Source of the DNA: Campylobacterales bacterium
Lineage (GTDB): Bacteria > Campylobacterota > Campylobacteria > Campylobacterales > Sulfurimonadaceae
Direction of reading: 5' to 3'
Length of the DNA: 16,818 nucleotides
Assembly: GCA_038205935.1 (NCBI GenBank)
Contig: JBBRBK010000040.1
Coordinates: 1-16,818, forward strand
The notes beneath the pieces were generated by a model that made no database searches, was not told where the DNA came from, and saw only the letters and a program-made list of their open reading frames with translations. Positions 16,486-16,818 of the stretch are shown in pieces (within the stretch, counting starts at the first letter, position 1; each line of letters opens with the position of its first letter). A program made the position numbers and the translations under genes.

Positions 16486-16818
16486 ATGTTTCGTGATTTA
16501 GTAGAGATAAGCACTTTTACATTAGAGCAAATAGCAGAGAATAGGGTGAAAGAAAACTCTTATATGGAACTATATGACGTTTATAGACAGTTAGATATGT
16601 TGTTGTATCAAGCGAGCTTAGTCATAAGTTATATGTCACGAGAGATAAGATATGCAGAGGACAAGGACACTTCATTTGGATCGCCAGAAAAAAAATGGTT
16701 ATATTTTTTAAACAAAGAGATAAAAGAGTATGAAAATCTGCGTTATGGATTGTTTTGTAAGTTGCTGAAGCTAGAAGAATTTAGTGCTACAGAATTTACT
16801 ATTTTGATAAGTAATTTT
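16486..16818 (+). CDS. Hypothetical protein, runs off the window
   Basis: AAGGAG RBS, ATG 16486, 111 open codons (MFRDLVEISTFTLEQIAENRV...DTSFGSPEKKWLYFLNKE...). Confidence 0.8.
   Translation, partial: MFRDLVEISTFTLEQIAENRVKENSYMELYDVYRQLDMLLYQASLVISYMSREIRYAEDKDTSFGSPEKKWLYFLNKEIKEYENLRYGLFCKLLKLEEFSATEFTILISNF

Overview
AT-rich window that looks like a decayed integrative or plasmid-derived accessory island in a Campylobacterota genome (Sulfurimonas/Sulfuricurvum/Sulfurovum-like, inferred from protein style). It starts just after a cytochrome c553-type gene. Left arm (minus strand): a VirD4/TraD-like P-loop ATPase, ClpP and gamma-glutamylcyclotransferase in one overlapping operon, then three metallophosphoesterases, the last truncated against a ycaQ-like remnant. 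Centre: a small XRE regulator whose 3' end is formed by a group II intron DV-DVI remnant, a mobile-mystery A/B (HTH-Fic) pair, and about 2.3 kb of non-coding DNA holding four distinct repeat families (iteron- or centromere-like) with no rep gene beside it. Right arm: AAA ATPase, WGR-domain gene, hipBA, a second WGR fragment fused to a resolvase pseudogene, then a WYL regulator, an N-terminally truncated DnaA paralog and an unknown ORF. Best candidate for an undescribed system: each of those last three genes is preceded by the same AAACCAGACA-N6-TGTC box, 12 nt upstream of a TANNNT -10 element (PafBC-like geometry). This suggests a WYL-controlled regulon whose effector is a domain I-less DnaA. 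All family calls come from motif recognition by eye; no database searches were run.
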